NCBI GenBank assembly: GCA_030248215.1
Contig: JASANG010003910.1
Span: 124,001 to 188,000, forward strand
Source: Enoplolaimus lenunculus
Taxonomy: Eukaryota
Length of the DNA stretch: 64,000 nucleotides
Direction of reading: 5' to 3'
Shown: in pieces, positions 1 through 11,045 of the stretch
Layout: each line of letters opens with the position of its first letter
Numbering within the stretch: position 1 is the stretch's first letter
The notes under the pieces: generated by a model
What the model was told of the DNA's origin: nothing
Database searches by the model: none
What the model saw: only the letters and a program-made list of their open reading frames with translations
Position numbers and translations under genes: made by a program

Positions 1-1345
1 ATGATATTATTCAGTAGCAAATATGTTAAAAAGCACACAAGAAACTTGTTTCAAAACAAAATACAAATCAGGTACGCGGAGGAAATGACATTCGAAAACC
101 CAGCATGCTATCATTCTGTCGGGTTATTGTTCCGAGAACCGTAAAAAACATTCTTCTTTTAGATACAGCTTAAGTTTGCACAAATTTCTATAAACATTTT
201 CCTGAAAAACATCAACTACACAGACATTTTCATTGTTAAACTCGAGTTTACATCGAGCACGCCATATTGTGAATTGTGCATGTTGGACGATGAAGAAAAG
301 CTATTCTCTTTAATGGATCGTGAATATTTCGTCCCAAAATTAAATCCGAAATCGTTATTTTATTTACTCCAGCTACCTGTTGCAAAACGGGAGTAATGAA
401 AAACTAATTTCTTGTGCCCGCAAACAATAAATAAACACATGAACATTATCCTCCCGCCCTTCAATTCCATCCAAATAACAAAACGAACATATATTTGTCC
501 CATAAGACTGACTAGTGCTGTGATTAGTATACAATGACTTATGTCTTAACCTAAAATGGACGTCTCGCGCAGAGACGTCAACATATTTCGCTTTTGCCCA
601 TATCCATGATCGCTCGACTAAATAGGTTCTACTCCTAGCTCGTCTCGCCGAAAAACATGTTTTGGATGGATGAGCCTTACACACAGCGTGTATCCACATT
701 TTATACAATTTATTTGCCGACACCGCTTTTAAAGAACTTTTCACCAAAAAACCAACAAAAATTCCATCCATGCTAAAAGATGACTCAATCATTGCAATCC
801 GTATCTCAAATCTGGTACATCAATACGTCTCTAGTCGAAAACTGAACTTGCCGAAAGAAATGTTCAAAACATCTCTTCCAACTCACAACTTCGGTACCTC
901 TTAATATTCTAATATAAAACATTAAACGATTCACTTTCAGTCTAACAAAAATATTTGGGAAATTTATCCCGCCGTGACTAGGTTGTAAAAACAGGATATC
1001 CCTTCTAATAATACTAGCGGTAGACGGATACCACAACCACTTATAAACCACATTGATAGTTTTCTTCACTAGTTGATCAGGGGGTGTTACTAATTTTATC
1101 AAATAATTAAACATACGCAAAAAATAAATGTGAACAAGGCGGATTTTTCCAAAAACAGATACCTCAGGGCGCTATTCGCTGTCCAAGACTTGCAATTGCT
1201 TCATAGCACTTTATCCAATTTTCAGGAACATCGATTCCCTTCGAATCAAACCAAAGGCCATAAATTTTCACTCTTTCAACAATAAAACGTGCATATTGAT
1301 GGGGTACAAGTGCGTTCCTTAGATCGCCCAATAACAGTATCTGTG
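1..1345 (-). pseudogene. LINE ORF2 C-terminal part (RT end/thumb, zf-RVT, CCHC), frameshifted
   Basis: ORF 806..1120 (LFLQPSHGGINFPN) and ORF 373..792 (RDVHFRLRHKSLYTN...CSFCYLDGIEGREDNVHVFIYC). Reading down from 1345 gives ILLLGDLRNALVPHQYARFIVERVKIYGLWF. Confidence 0.88.
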
Positions 1346-1426
1346 AATACTTATAGCCCCGCCATGGGACCCTACACGAATGAGGGTCCCATGGGTGGGT
1401 CTTTTGTGTGACTAATAGTCATCAGA
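1346..1426 (+). repeat. Left TIR of the Polinton, with an internal 12-bp-stem hairpin (1362-1394)
   Basis: Matches the reverse complement of 17162-17243 (ccatgg-accctac-cgaatg-gggtcccatgggtgggtctttt-tgtgactaatagtcatcaga). CCATGGGACCCT / AGGGTCCCATGG stem with a 9-nt loop. Confidence 0.9.
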
Positions 1427-1487
1427 GTGACTTTAGGTAGCAATAATATATACGATGAAGTGTTAATACAAACAGAACTTACAACAA

Positions 1488-1812
1488 GGTAAAGCACGCC
1501 TTCCATGTTTAAATTGGTAAAGCACGCCTGCCATGTAGGAATTGATAAATTAAACTGGTAAATCACGCCCTCCATTTTAAATTGGTAAAGCACGCCCTCC
1601 ATGTTTGAACTGGTAAATCACGCGTCCAATTGAACACCTCGACGATTTTAACCCCACCCTCCCTTTCTAACCATCCCTTGGTGTACTATAAATTCGATAT
1701 AAAATTCTTTTCTCGTTCAGTGTGTAATAAACCGAATCGAGATTAATTTTCTCGTCCAGTGTGTAAAAAGCTGAACAAAGAACGTTCTCGTTCAGTGTGT
1801 AATAAACTGAAA
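1488..1812. repeat. Subterminal tandem repeats of the Polinton (~28-bp GGTAAAGCACGCC..CCATG units, then TTCTCGTTCAGTGTGTAA units)
   Basis: About five ggtaaa(g/t)cacgc copies at 1488-1625 and three tctcgt(t/c)cagtgtgtaa copies at 1710-1812. Confidence 0.8.
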
Positions 1813-2124
1813 CGAGACTTTAAACACGAATAATATTTATCATAACCTAACAAATCGTTTATGTACTAAAGTTCCGTCTAAGCATTTGAAATAATGAATG
1901 AGTGTTTTACAAATGAAAAACACGGGAATTGTTACAGTTTTGATAAATGGTATTATTTTTGAAACTGAGGCTAAGACTTTAAGGTAACACCATACGTTTG
2001 TATTCTTAAGTCTGCAGTAACTTTTGTGGTTCAGCATCTTCAAATAACGAATAGGTAAAACGTATGTTATCACCTTAAAGAGGGAAGAGGGAGGGTGTGA
2101 ATTACTTCCAAACACCAAAATATT

Positions 2125-2952
2125 TCATACCAATACCATTGTACCTAGTTTTTTCTTGAACTTTAATTCCAAAGATATTTTACCGCTACCATACTGCACA
2201 TGTTTTCCGAAAGCATCTAAGATTTCCAACCTCAATTTACTAGAATACAGCAGTTTACAGTCTAAAAATTTTATGTTTACTGGTTCGTAAAATAGAATTG
2301 GTTCTTTAATGTTCGTATTGGGAATTATAGTAAGGGTTTTTTCTGAATTATCCTCAATAAATGTAGTGTGTCAGCAGACTGCTACGGTATCGAGTGCAAA
2401 AATTTTGCTGGCTATGAGGCCTTCCTGTGTGATAATCACAGCAGCTTCCAAGAAAATTGCATTGCAAAAATCGGAACGACGGAAAACCCATATTTGCCAG
2501 TTCTTCAACGCGCACATTTTGATACCCACTCAACTCAGCAACTCTTCTGATGAAAGCAGTTTGCTGTGATACTTTAGTGTAAACGAGAGGCTCTTCCAAG
2601 TGATGAAACACCAACACCAGGGCAGCTTCAGGATGGCGAAATCCGTTAGTTGTAATATCGAAAGTGTCGTTGACACGTAGAACCGAACTAGAAGGAAAGG
2701 GCATGCTTTCAAATAAATTGGAAAGCAGACAAATCTTGAGAAAACAAGGTTTCGATGAGTTGAAACTGAAAATTTAGATGAAGCAAGATCAACTTTCTTT
2801 AAACTGATTTCCTGTCGCCGCGTAAGTCCTCGGTAGTGAGGTTCGAATCTAAAGTGATAAATTGGTCCATGAAGTTGGAACTTGACCGTCATTTCCGTTG
2901 TAGCATATAATCCTTCACCTATATGACACGTGTTGAGCAACAGTGACGCCAT
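2125..2952 (-). pseudogene. Polinton minor capsid (penton-like) protein, disrupted
   Basis: Manual translation of the 3' part gives TLTIIPNTNIKEPILFYEPVNIKFLDCKLLYSSKLRLEILDAFGKHVQYGSGKISLELKFKK, matching the Polinton mCP C-terminal pattern (I.I.D..G..V.F..G...L.L.F). Candidate start MASLLLNT at 2952; internal stops. Confidence 0.7.
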
Positions 2953-4038
2953 ATTGATGATGTATATAATAGTTGATTCCTTGAAAACCTTAACTGCGCA
3001 CGCCAACAAAACTGCTTGTGAATAGCAAGATGACGACTAATTCGACCACAGTAAATGCAACAAATAAGATAACGTGACATTCACAAATGATCTTCTAAAA
3101 ATCAAAGCGAAGGTTTTTATAGTCTAGAATGATGTTTATTTTCACGAAAAATTTATTGTCTCCAAGGAAATGCATCTCAGCATTAATCAGATTACAATTG
3201 GGAACAACAAATGGTACTGCCAAGATATGCTAGGTACTCTGGGAAATAGTACTTGGCAGTTGCTTGAAGTGACAGGTACAGACTAGCTCTATGTGCTGAT
3301 TTGAGATATCTAGGTTTTCGTACCGATGAGTACCAGTCAGTTACAGTCACTACAAAGGTCACAGATCTGTTAAATCAATTTTAGACAATTGGTGAAGCCT
3401 AATATTAGTTTATCGGACAATCAGAAAATGAAAGATATATAAGCAGAAGAGCAATAGAGAAATGATGGTTCATTTGCTGATACAGTGAATCTCTGTTCGA
3501 CAAAGAGTCGCTTATGCCACTGATTTGCCTAAAGTAAGTTGCGCAATTTATTGTATTGTGATCATTGCTAAGGTCTTTCAAATTTTAAATTTTCATAACA
3601 AATGGCAGTCATAGCCCCTATGGGCTATAACTAATGCATTTTTTCGAAAAACAAGACACTACTGCCTCTAGAATCTTCCCAAAATATCTAATGTCAGGCC
3701 TATCACATAATACATATCTGCATTGGGTGTCACATCATCCAACATTTCGCAGGTATAAGCAGCAGGCACAAGCAACTTATCCTTAAAAAATTAACTATCC
3801 GCCGGTATAAGCAGCAAGCAGAGCAACTTATCCCTAAAAATTAGATAAACTAATCTTAAAACCAGCAGAAAGGCTGTCATAGAAGGCCTACTTCAGCAGC
3901 GATATTAAAAATAGAACTTAAAACACTCCCAATTGCAGAAGAGGATAGCAATATTGTGTGGTAAAATTAAAAAAACAGCTGGTAGTTATAGACTAAAATT
4001 CACAAAATTCTGAACATAACAGCGCGGTGAAAAACTAT

Positions 4039-4527
4039 TCAAAAAACAAGGCCACAATGGTCACATCCAATTTCAAGAATAACATCTGCCGAGTCATCTG
4101 CAAGATGCAGAGGAACAGCGTCAACTAAGTTATGACAATTTGGGCGTCGTTCAAAACCTATGAATTCTTGTTCCGGTTCCACATCTGAATTTTCAGCGTT
4201 CGCTCCAACGTTATCCGGTACAGCATTCCTAAAATCGAGCACGATTTTTGAAAATTTAAGCTTCAAATATCTAACTTGCATTGCTCTTAATTGCAAGCAG
4301 GGGTTCTGAATCGCACAACCACAGCCAGGGTTGCAACAAAAGTTTGATTTGGCAAAAAATTACAGTTTGGCCTTGGATTTGGTCGTGAAAAGCTTAATAC
4401 CGCAATGTCTTAAAATATATGTTTTTATCAGGTCACAAAGCTCAGAACTGAAGCTTGGAAGGGTACGAAATAACTGCGTTTGCGAAACACATAGATTTGC
4501 TAGAATAATAAATTTTACTAATTTCAT
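4039..4527 (-). pseudogene. Unknown accessory ORF, ~162 codons with one internal TAA; possible signal peptide and Cys cluster
   Basis: MKLVKFIILANLCVSQTQLFRTLPSFSSELC...KAKL*FFAKSNFCCNPGCGCAIQNPC runs in frame into ORF 4039..4296; TAA at 4360-4362. Confidence 0.35.
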
Positions 4528-4696
4528 AATTCAGTTCTCCAAATTACGAGTGAATTGATGTAGTATTGCTTGCTACACTTTCATATATATTATTTTGGGA
4601 TACATTCCTACAGGCAGAAAACACTAACATCTCAACATCATTTGGATTTGGCATTGGTTGCAGCCTTCTTTGCAATCACCTTCTAGTTCGTTGACG

Positions 4697-7269
4697 ATGG
4701 ACAGCGTACCAGAAGTCAAAAGTCTTGCCATAAGAGGGGTATCTGGTAAAACTTATCTGTTGTGCAAAACGTCATTAACAGACAAAGGAAATAATGGTCA
4801 AATTTATGTTGCGAAATGTTTGAACACCAACACTGATGTACTCGTTAAGAAAATTCTGTCAGGTTCGCTGGATTATGCTAATGGAAAATCGCTCGAATTA
4901 CTTGTTTTGGAACATGTAACAGGTGTAAGTACTTGGTTAATTAGAGATAACTTGTCACCAGGTTATAACTTCAAAAGTAGCACATGAAGATAAAAAATGC
5001 AACTGTCTTAATTAGTAGAACTTTTATGCTCTTACATAGTTCCCATTGTCATTATAAAACCTGCCGCAAAAGCAGTTGTCACTCCGCCCGAAAGTGCACC
5101 ACTGCAATAAATGAATTCAAAGTTAGTTTTCAAACAATTTCATTAAGCTTCGCCAGTCTGAAAAACAAAGACACATTTTTAACATAAATTATACAGTTTA
5201 GCAGGCATGCGAACTAAATATTCATCTCAGAGGGAGTGAGTTCGAGAAATACAAATTATAGCATTATTACAGTTAGGTTTCACGGTTTATAACGTTCCCA
5301 AAACAGCAGACATCACAACACTACACCAACAAAGGAAAGGAAGTAGCATATCATGCAAACACAAACACATCTTGGCTCCTAATTACTAGGTCACAACTGT
5401 TTTTAACGCTTTCCCTAAATAGGTATTAATTCAAGTTTGTCCGAACGTTGCAGTGCCATACTCTCTCTTAACATAGCTTAACTTACACTTGGCTATCAAA
5501 ACAGGAGATGCTGCTACAGTTTTGATCACTACGCGGAGTGCTCAATGAGGAAACGTACGGTTGTTCAGTAGAAGATGTAGCCGAGCTAACATAATGAATT
5601 GTGGTAGTCCAAGGACTGACCGTAGCGGACCTAAATTCACCAAAGTATATAGATTATCCTAAAAATCTGCACCTCAAACTACGCACCTGAAGGTAATTTA
5701 GCAATTATGAGGTGTGTGATGTGTTAGTATATAGCAGTATTAAGCGCTACATTCGCAAACTAAAACGTAAGTCTAAAAACTTAGGTATCGCGGAACATTT
5801 TCTAAAGATTTGAATATTTGCGAAATTGATTTTTTTCAAAACAATTTTCAAATGCAAAATCCTATCTTGCTGTCGTAGTAAGACAAATTGAGTTGTCCAA
5901 AATTAAGGGATGTTAGAGTTAGGGTAACGTAAAATAGGCAACTAAGTCCAAAACTATCAAGCAACTAAAAGCAAATAAATATTGCTAAAACAAAACGCAG
6001 ATAGTACAAAGCACACCACACATACGAACTAGTTGGATGAACAAAAAATATTAAATAAGGAAGTTTTCTTAGAATTACGTGTGAAAAGACGTTATTTGCG
6101 AGCTGTGTACTTCACTCGATGATTGTGTTTGATCACTCGATTGCAAAACATTAGTTACAGTGCTTGAGGTTTTGCAAAATGATGTAGCGCTAATTGATGT
6201 TGTGCCAGTTATAGTTGAAGTTGACAGCGTAGTAATAAAACAAACTTCAAAGTCAAATTACTCAAAAACTTAAAATCTCACGTTTTAACGGCTTTTTCAC
6301 CAAATGATGCTGTAGTACGGTGTGAATCTGTGGTTGAATCAGTGCGTGGGTAAACATGTCCCCAAATTTTCACGACAGGATGTTTTGTTGTATATCGCTG
6401 AACGTATCCACGTACAATGATGTTCCGGTAGATGAAAAGCTTAGCTGTTACTCTTTGAACTACTTCAATATTTTGATGTGTTGGAAATATGTAGCGAACC
6501 TTATAATTTTCCACTATTGGAGATACCTTAAAAACTACGGCTGGCGTTGTTGGAGAACTATGCGAAATATCAAAATATGTGAACATCGGACGACAGACAT
6601 TATTTGGTGGCTTGCATAGACAATTTGCCGAATACTGAAATTTTTCAGGAACCAAATGTTGTTTTGCTTGAAGATTACGCTATCATAAAAGCAAACAATG
6701 GTTCGGTATGCTCCAATTTGATATTTCCGTGGTCACCACAAGCCTGTGATTTTGAAAAGTACTGAACACTAAATGGTCCTCTCTGCTATGAAGACGTGAA
6801 AATTGTAATGTATCAAATTTATAGTTGCGCAAAGCGTTTAGGCGAGAATGGAATAATACACAGAGATTTAACAGCTGCTAATGTGGTTTATCATTCTTGG
6901 TACCGATATCCAATTTTGATTGATTTTGATGGGGCATTTCCAGCATACCAAGGAGAACTAATCGAACTGGGGCCAAGACCACTCGAGTGTACAATGCCCG
7001 AAGTCCGAGGACAAAACTTCTACGCTACATGCTCGTCTTCTGTGCTAAATACGGTCCAGATAGGTCAACTAACTCATTTCTTACTCTGTGGGACGTATCG
7101 ACGGCACAATTTTTATTCAAAAAGTATTCCTCTAACAGCTTTCGATTTTATTCAGAAATACACTGATGAAAATAAATATCGACGTTTAAGGTTTTCAAAT
7201 ATTGAAAAACATCAGTTTTTCAAAGAAATGAAATGTGCTTACGAAGGATTCCTTGAAACTATGTTGTAA
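4697..7269 (+). pseudogene. Two-exon Ser/Thr protein kinase (exons 4697-4924 and 6649-7269; ~282 aa; one in-frame TGA at 6763-6765)
   Basis: Exon 1 has KGNNGQIYVAK...VLVKKI (Gly loop and VAIK lysine) and ends at ggt|GTAAGT. Exon 2 starts TTTTTCAG|gaa cca aat, giving a phase-0 join EHVTG|EPNVVLLEDY, and contains IIHRDLTAAN, LIDFD and MPE. Confidence 0.88.
5290..6655 (-). pseudogene. Putative multi-exon type I membrane protein gene (ectodomain, Ser/Thr-rich stalk, TM), antisense inside the kinase intron
   Basis: 125-aa ORF 6278..6655. An S/T-rich frame ends at cac ac|GTAATT (6079/6078). An open S/T-rich exon 5630-5487 (TTTAG|...|GTAAGT, 144 nt, phase 2-2) follows. Acceptor TTTAG|g gaa at 5414 (phase 2) leads into a hydrophobic stretch (DVFVF../CMICYFLSFVGVVL*CLLFWERYK, with a frameshift and stops). 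Confidence 0.5.
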
Positions 7270-7361
7270 TGTTTTTCCTATATTTTTTATATTTTTTCAA
7301 ACAAAATGAAATTTCAGATTTTGTATAAAAATATAATACGTAAATATAAGAATAACTAACC

Positions 7362-8539
7362 ATGGCAGCAAGCGAAAGGACGAGCAATAACATAATAATC
7401 GGAGCAAATGGTCCTTTTCCGCAAACTGAAATAAACGGCTATGAATGCCACGATCTTGCTGAGTATGCACAGGTCACCGATGCTCAAATGTTTATAAGCA
7501 CCATCCCAGAAATTCAGAACCATAATTTTAATGGTATCGTATCAAATCCGTTTCAACAAGTTCCTGAATTCACCTTGGATAGCAACGTAACACAAGGCAG
7601 AACACCTATAACGTCAAGTCATTGCATAGAAGCTAATATCGTAAACACTACATCATGTTTGTTTAATTGGAGTGAAGCTGCTGACTATCTTAAATAAGTG
7701 TTAGCAGCTCAAATGTCTAATCATGTTTCGGAGGTCGCTCAAAAGTATTGGACCGTTGATATCACAAAACATCATGAAATCGATAAACAAATTACAAACA
7801 ATATCTTGAATGCAACTATGGAACAGCCAGCATCAACGGCTAAAAAGAGTTTTGTAACGTCTGTTTGTACCGAAAACCATGCGAAGAGAATTGTCACTAT
7901 TACTCTAAAGGAAATTTATGTGGACATTCGTCTAATCATAATTATTGCCAAGTGTGCGAAGGTTACCACTCATACCGTACTATACAGAAATTTCTCCATC
8001 GAGGAGGATCGTTTTGCTGCAGGTAAGTTTTTCGCCTTAAACATAAAGCTTAAAGTTAAATTTTTCATTTCTTACGCTAGAAAACGTATGTTAGCTTCTC
8101 ATAAAAATAAATATGCCACGGATATCTGTTGAGAGATACCTAACAGGAGGGCCCACAAAGGTTGTCACACCTTTATATGGCTAAACTTCGTTTCTATACT
8201 AGCTGCTATAAGTTTTCTTTACTGGTGTGGTTGCTTCGACCACAGCTACCTGAACCCTCATATAACTCTAATTGGAAATGTTAATTTTTGTTGTGCAGTT
8301 GGCATAAACCAGAAAACAGGGATGCGAGCATTCGCACTACAACAGTAAGCTGTTGCAGCAACAATCAGCTTAATCCCTGCATACACGTTCGCCTGATAGG
8401 AACATCATGTTGCAATCATCGTACCAACTGTCCATTCTACTGTAACTTGTATCCACTGCTATCGTTAAACAAACCACTGCAAGATACTGAAGTTTGTTTT
8501 CCATCACAAAAAAAGAAAATGGACAAAATATCAGAATAA
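7362..8539 (+). pseudogene. Two-exon accessory gene with a Cys/His-rich C-terminal region (exon 1 7362-8022, intron 8023-8298, exon 2 8299-8539); one stop and one frameshift
   Basis: ORFs 7362..7697 and 7698.. are one frame split by TAA. A shift in the A-run at ~7842-7846 opens CNVCLYRKPCEENCHYYSKGNLCGHSSNHNYCQVCEGYH...FCC. Donor ag|GTAAGT and acceptor TTGTGCAG|t are both phase 2, joining to SWHKPEN...CCSNN...CCNHRTNCPFYC. Confidence 0.62.
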
Positions 8540-9012
8540 TTTTATCCATGATGGTTGTTCTACTGAACTGTTTGTTAAGAAATTCTTTTTACAATATACA
8601 GCATTAGGAACATTTATAGACTTAAGGTAGTCAATGAACTGCTGAGTGTCGGTAGGTACATTTTTCTCGTATGGTAGGACTATATAGCGTATCAAATCTA
8701 TTATTGATGAAAAATTGTGGCCTTGAATTGATAACCTACCATTGTCATTGATGTTACCTTTTCGTAAAGAATGTAAAGTATTTTTGCCTTGTTGCCGTAT
8801 GCTTTAGGAAATAAATTTAAAACTTGTTCAAAAGTCGTCTGCTTTTCGCTCACCAGTTCAGGATTCACAAGGTCATAAAGTTTTTCATACTTCTCTTGAA
8901 CACTGGAGTTCGAATTCAAAATTTCAAAAGCCTTTTCTTCAAAACCAGAAGGGTTTTCTGGTAATTTTGGCAAAGGCTTTCCTTCATCAAATAATACTTT
9001 GACATTAGGCAA
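8531..9012 (-). pseudogene. Conserved uncharacterised Polinton protein, frameshifted near 8760
   Basis: VLNLFPKAYGNKAKIL, then after a frameshift NDNGRLSIQGHNFSSIIDLIRYIV...QQFIDYLKSINVPNAV...W. This resembles the conserved Polinton ORF usually found near the ATPase (P....KA..L / G.l...g...S.I.DL / F...L...NVP). Confidence 0.68.
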
Positions 9013-9325
9013 AAGCTTTTAGCAAAGGTAGTGCAATTTTAACGATATTTTTGACGAATTTTATATTATTGAAAATTAAGCGATTACGAGAAATAAGAGA
9101 CAAACTTCGTTCAGACAATTTTTGCAATAAGTTACGATTTTTCCTTAAATAATTTTTATTTACCTTTGATAATTCCAGATTCGAATATGCTAGATTGTAC
9201 GCTATTTCAGTTAAGCGCTTAACAATGGCAGGATGTGCCGAAATAATTTTTTTGGCTTTCTGCTGGTTAGAAATGTGTGACAATATTTCTAAATTGCCAA
9301 TGTTTGATAAAACAATATTCGACAT
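9005..9325 (-). CDS. Small basic conserved Polinton protein (~106 aa) downstream of the ATPase
   Basis: MSNIVLSNIGNLEILSH...LTEIAYNLAYSNLELSKVNKNYLRKNRNLLQKLSERSLSL matches the L.E.A.N.L.gn..Ls......L pattern of the small Maverick ORF. It overlaps the start of the next gene. Confidence 0.65.
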   Translation of the reverse strand: MSNIVLSNIGNLEILSHISNQQKAKKIISAHPAIVKRLTEIAYNLAYSNLELSKVNKNYLRKNRNLLQKLSERSLSLISRNRLIFNNIKFVKNIVKIALPLLKAFA

Positions 9326-9390
9326 ACCGTCAGATTGATAGATTTTGCGCAATGTACATCTATATATAGAAAATTTCTAATATTAAATTA

Positions 9391-10055
9391 TTACAAAATA
9401 AAAATCTCTTGCACCGTATCTGAAGGAAGTGATGACCGAAATTTCAGTAAACAGTGATTATAGGGACATAAGTTAATCCACAAAAACCCAAAAGTTGTTC
9501 CTGTAAAACCTGCTCATAAATTTCCAGAAACTTTTTAGTTTTGTTTGGTGCAATACTTTGCCCTAGAGTATTCACCTGTCGTAAATCTCTACGACAGGCC
9601 ATTAGAAATATGTGGGTCATTTGTCTGTTTATAAGCACGCTAAATTTTCCTTTTATAAACAGTCCTTGAAAAAGACAAATCACGGAAATATTTCGGTGAT
9701 GACTATAAACAGTGAAAAGTCTCATGCACTCAGCGGAATTTATAAATTCATGTTGCAGGTCATCGAAAACAAGAGCTGTATTGTTATTTGCCCAGTATTC
9801 ACTGTCATCAATAACTTCCTTTGGTAATCCTTTGTGAAAGGTGATATTGCGAATTTTCAATTTCAGTTTGTCATACGCAGGCTGGTAAACTTCATAGCAA
9901 AACAATATTTTGTCAAAATTTGTCAAAAAGAAATTTTCCGTCAGCAGACAAAAGCACAAATCCGTTTTACCGGACATTGACTCGCCCGCTAACAGTATTC
10001 TGCTGTTAGGTCTGATCCGAAGATCTGTTAATATTTCTTTTCTAAAAAAGGTCAT
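9391..10055 (-). pseudogene. Polinton genome-packaging ATPase (A32/FtsK-HerA type), with a C-terminal frameshift
   Basis: Walker A AGESMSGKT, Walker B LVFDDL, LFTVYSHHRNISVICLFQ. After a frameshift near 9485 the frame reads FLWINLCPYNHCLLKFRSSLP...IFIL* (stop 9391-9393). Confidence 0.93.
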
Positions 10056-10516
10056 AACTAATAGGATTTTTGGTTTACTAAACTTATTTGTATATAGTCT
10101 CTAAAACTGAAACGTTAATTATTTATGAAACAGCGCAAGCGCTGCTCCACCCGAGCACTGTAACCCCCCTTCCGCCCTTCTTCCTGCCCACCCTCTCCCT
10201 AGCACCAGCCAGGGAGAGCGGACAGAGAGGCATGGAAGGGAAGGACGAAAGGGGTAAAGAGGAAGGCGGTACAGCCTGCAGAAACCCTAACTCAAAAAGC
10301 TGTTGTACCAGACCCTTGTGATGATAAGGTGCACCGAGAACTGATGCTTAGGTCATAAGGCTTTCGCCGAGACCCGTCGCGTACCACAGCAAATAATGCA
10401 CCAAAATCATCAGGTCTGTACATAGCTCATCGAACCTACTTAATACACACATGAAGAACAACACTCGGTCCCCATATACATGCACTCACAAACACACTCA
10501 TTAATACAAATTTAAT

Positions 10517-11045
10517 CTAATTATTATAGTATGGAGTTCTGTTCGACTTGAAAACAAGATTTGTTGACTCCTCGCACAAAGCATACAACACAGTATCTTG
10601 TGCAATCGGAGTTTCAAACGTAAGCTTTATCTTTAAGTAGCCCACTGTTGACTTCTCCACGAACGACGAACAACCAATTGAATTGGAAGCCGTCAGATCC
10701 GCAATCCAAATTGTATAACCGCCAGGGAAATCATTATAGCCAATATCTATATTACGATTAATAAATCCTAAACCGTTGAAAATTAGGTAATAATCAAACG
10801 CAAAGTCATATTCTGAAAACTTAGAAGATAATCCTTCTGATGTGAAAACAGGTGTTTCGTTTTTGTAAAGTGAAAAATTAGTTAGACTATTGTGAATAAA
10901 CTCGAAGGGATTGAGTGTGATATCAGTGCCATCCGTGGCTCCTTTTTAACCATAAATACATACAATCGTTTAGTCATACTCCCTGCAGGAATTAGGGACC
11001 ACTGATGACTAGTATCATTCTTGCGAATAATATGTTCGTACAAGG
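10517..11045 (-). pseudogene. Polinton major capsid protein (double jelly-roll), 3' half only; not in the ORF track
   Basis: Manual translation: IPAGSMTKRLYVFMVK / GTDITLNPFEFIHNSLTNFSLYKNE...DFPGGYTIWIADLTAS...GYLKIKLTFETPIAQDTVLYALCEESTNLVFKSNR. This matches the Polinton MCP C-terminal motifs (NPF.F.H, GYT....DLT, G.L.....F). Similarity is lost above ~11045. Confidence 0.88.

Noticed and set aside
1372..1602. 76-aa ORF with MEGVLY repeats
   Set aside because: Translation of the Polinton TIR and subterminal tandem repeats.
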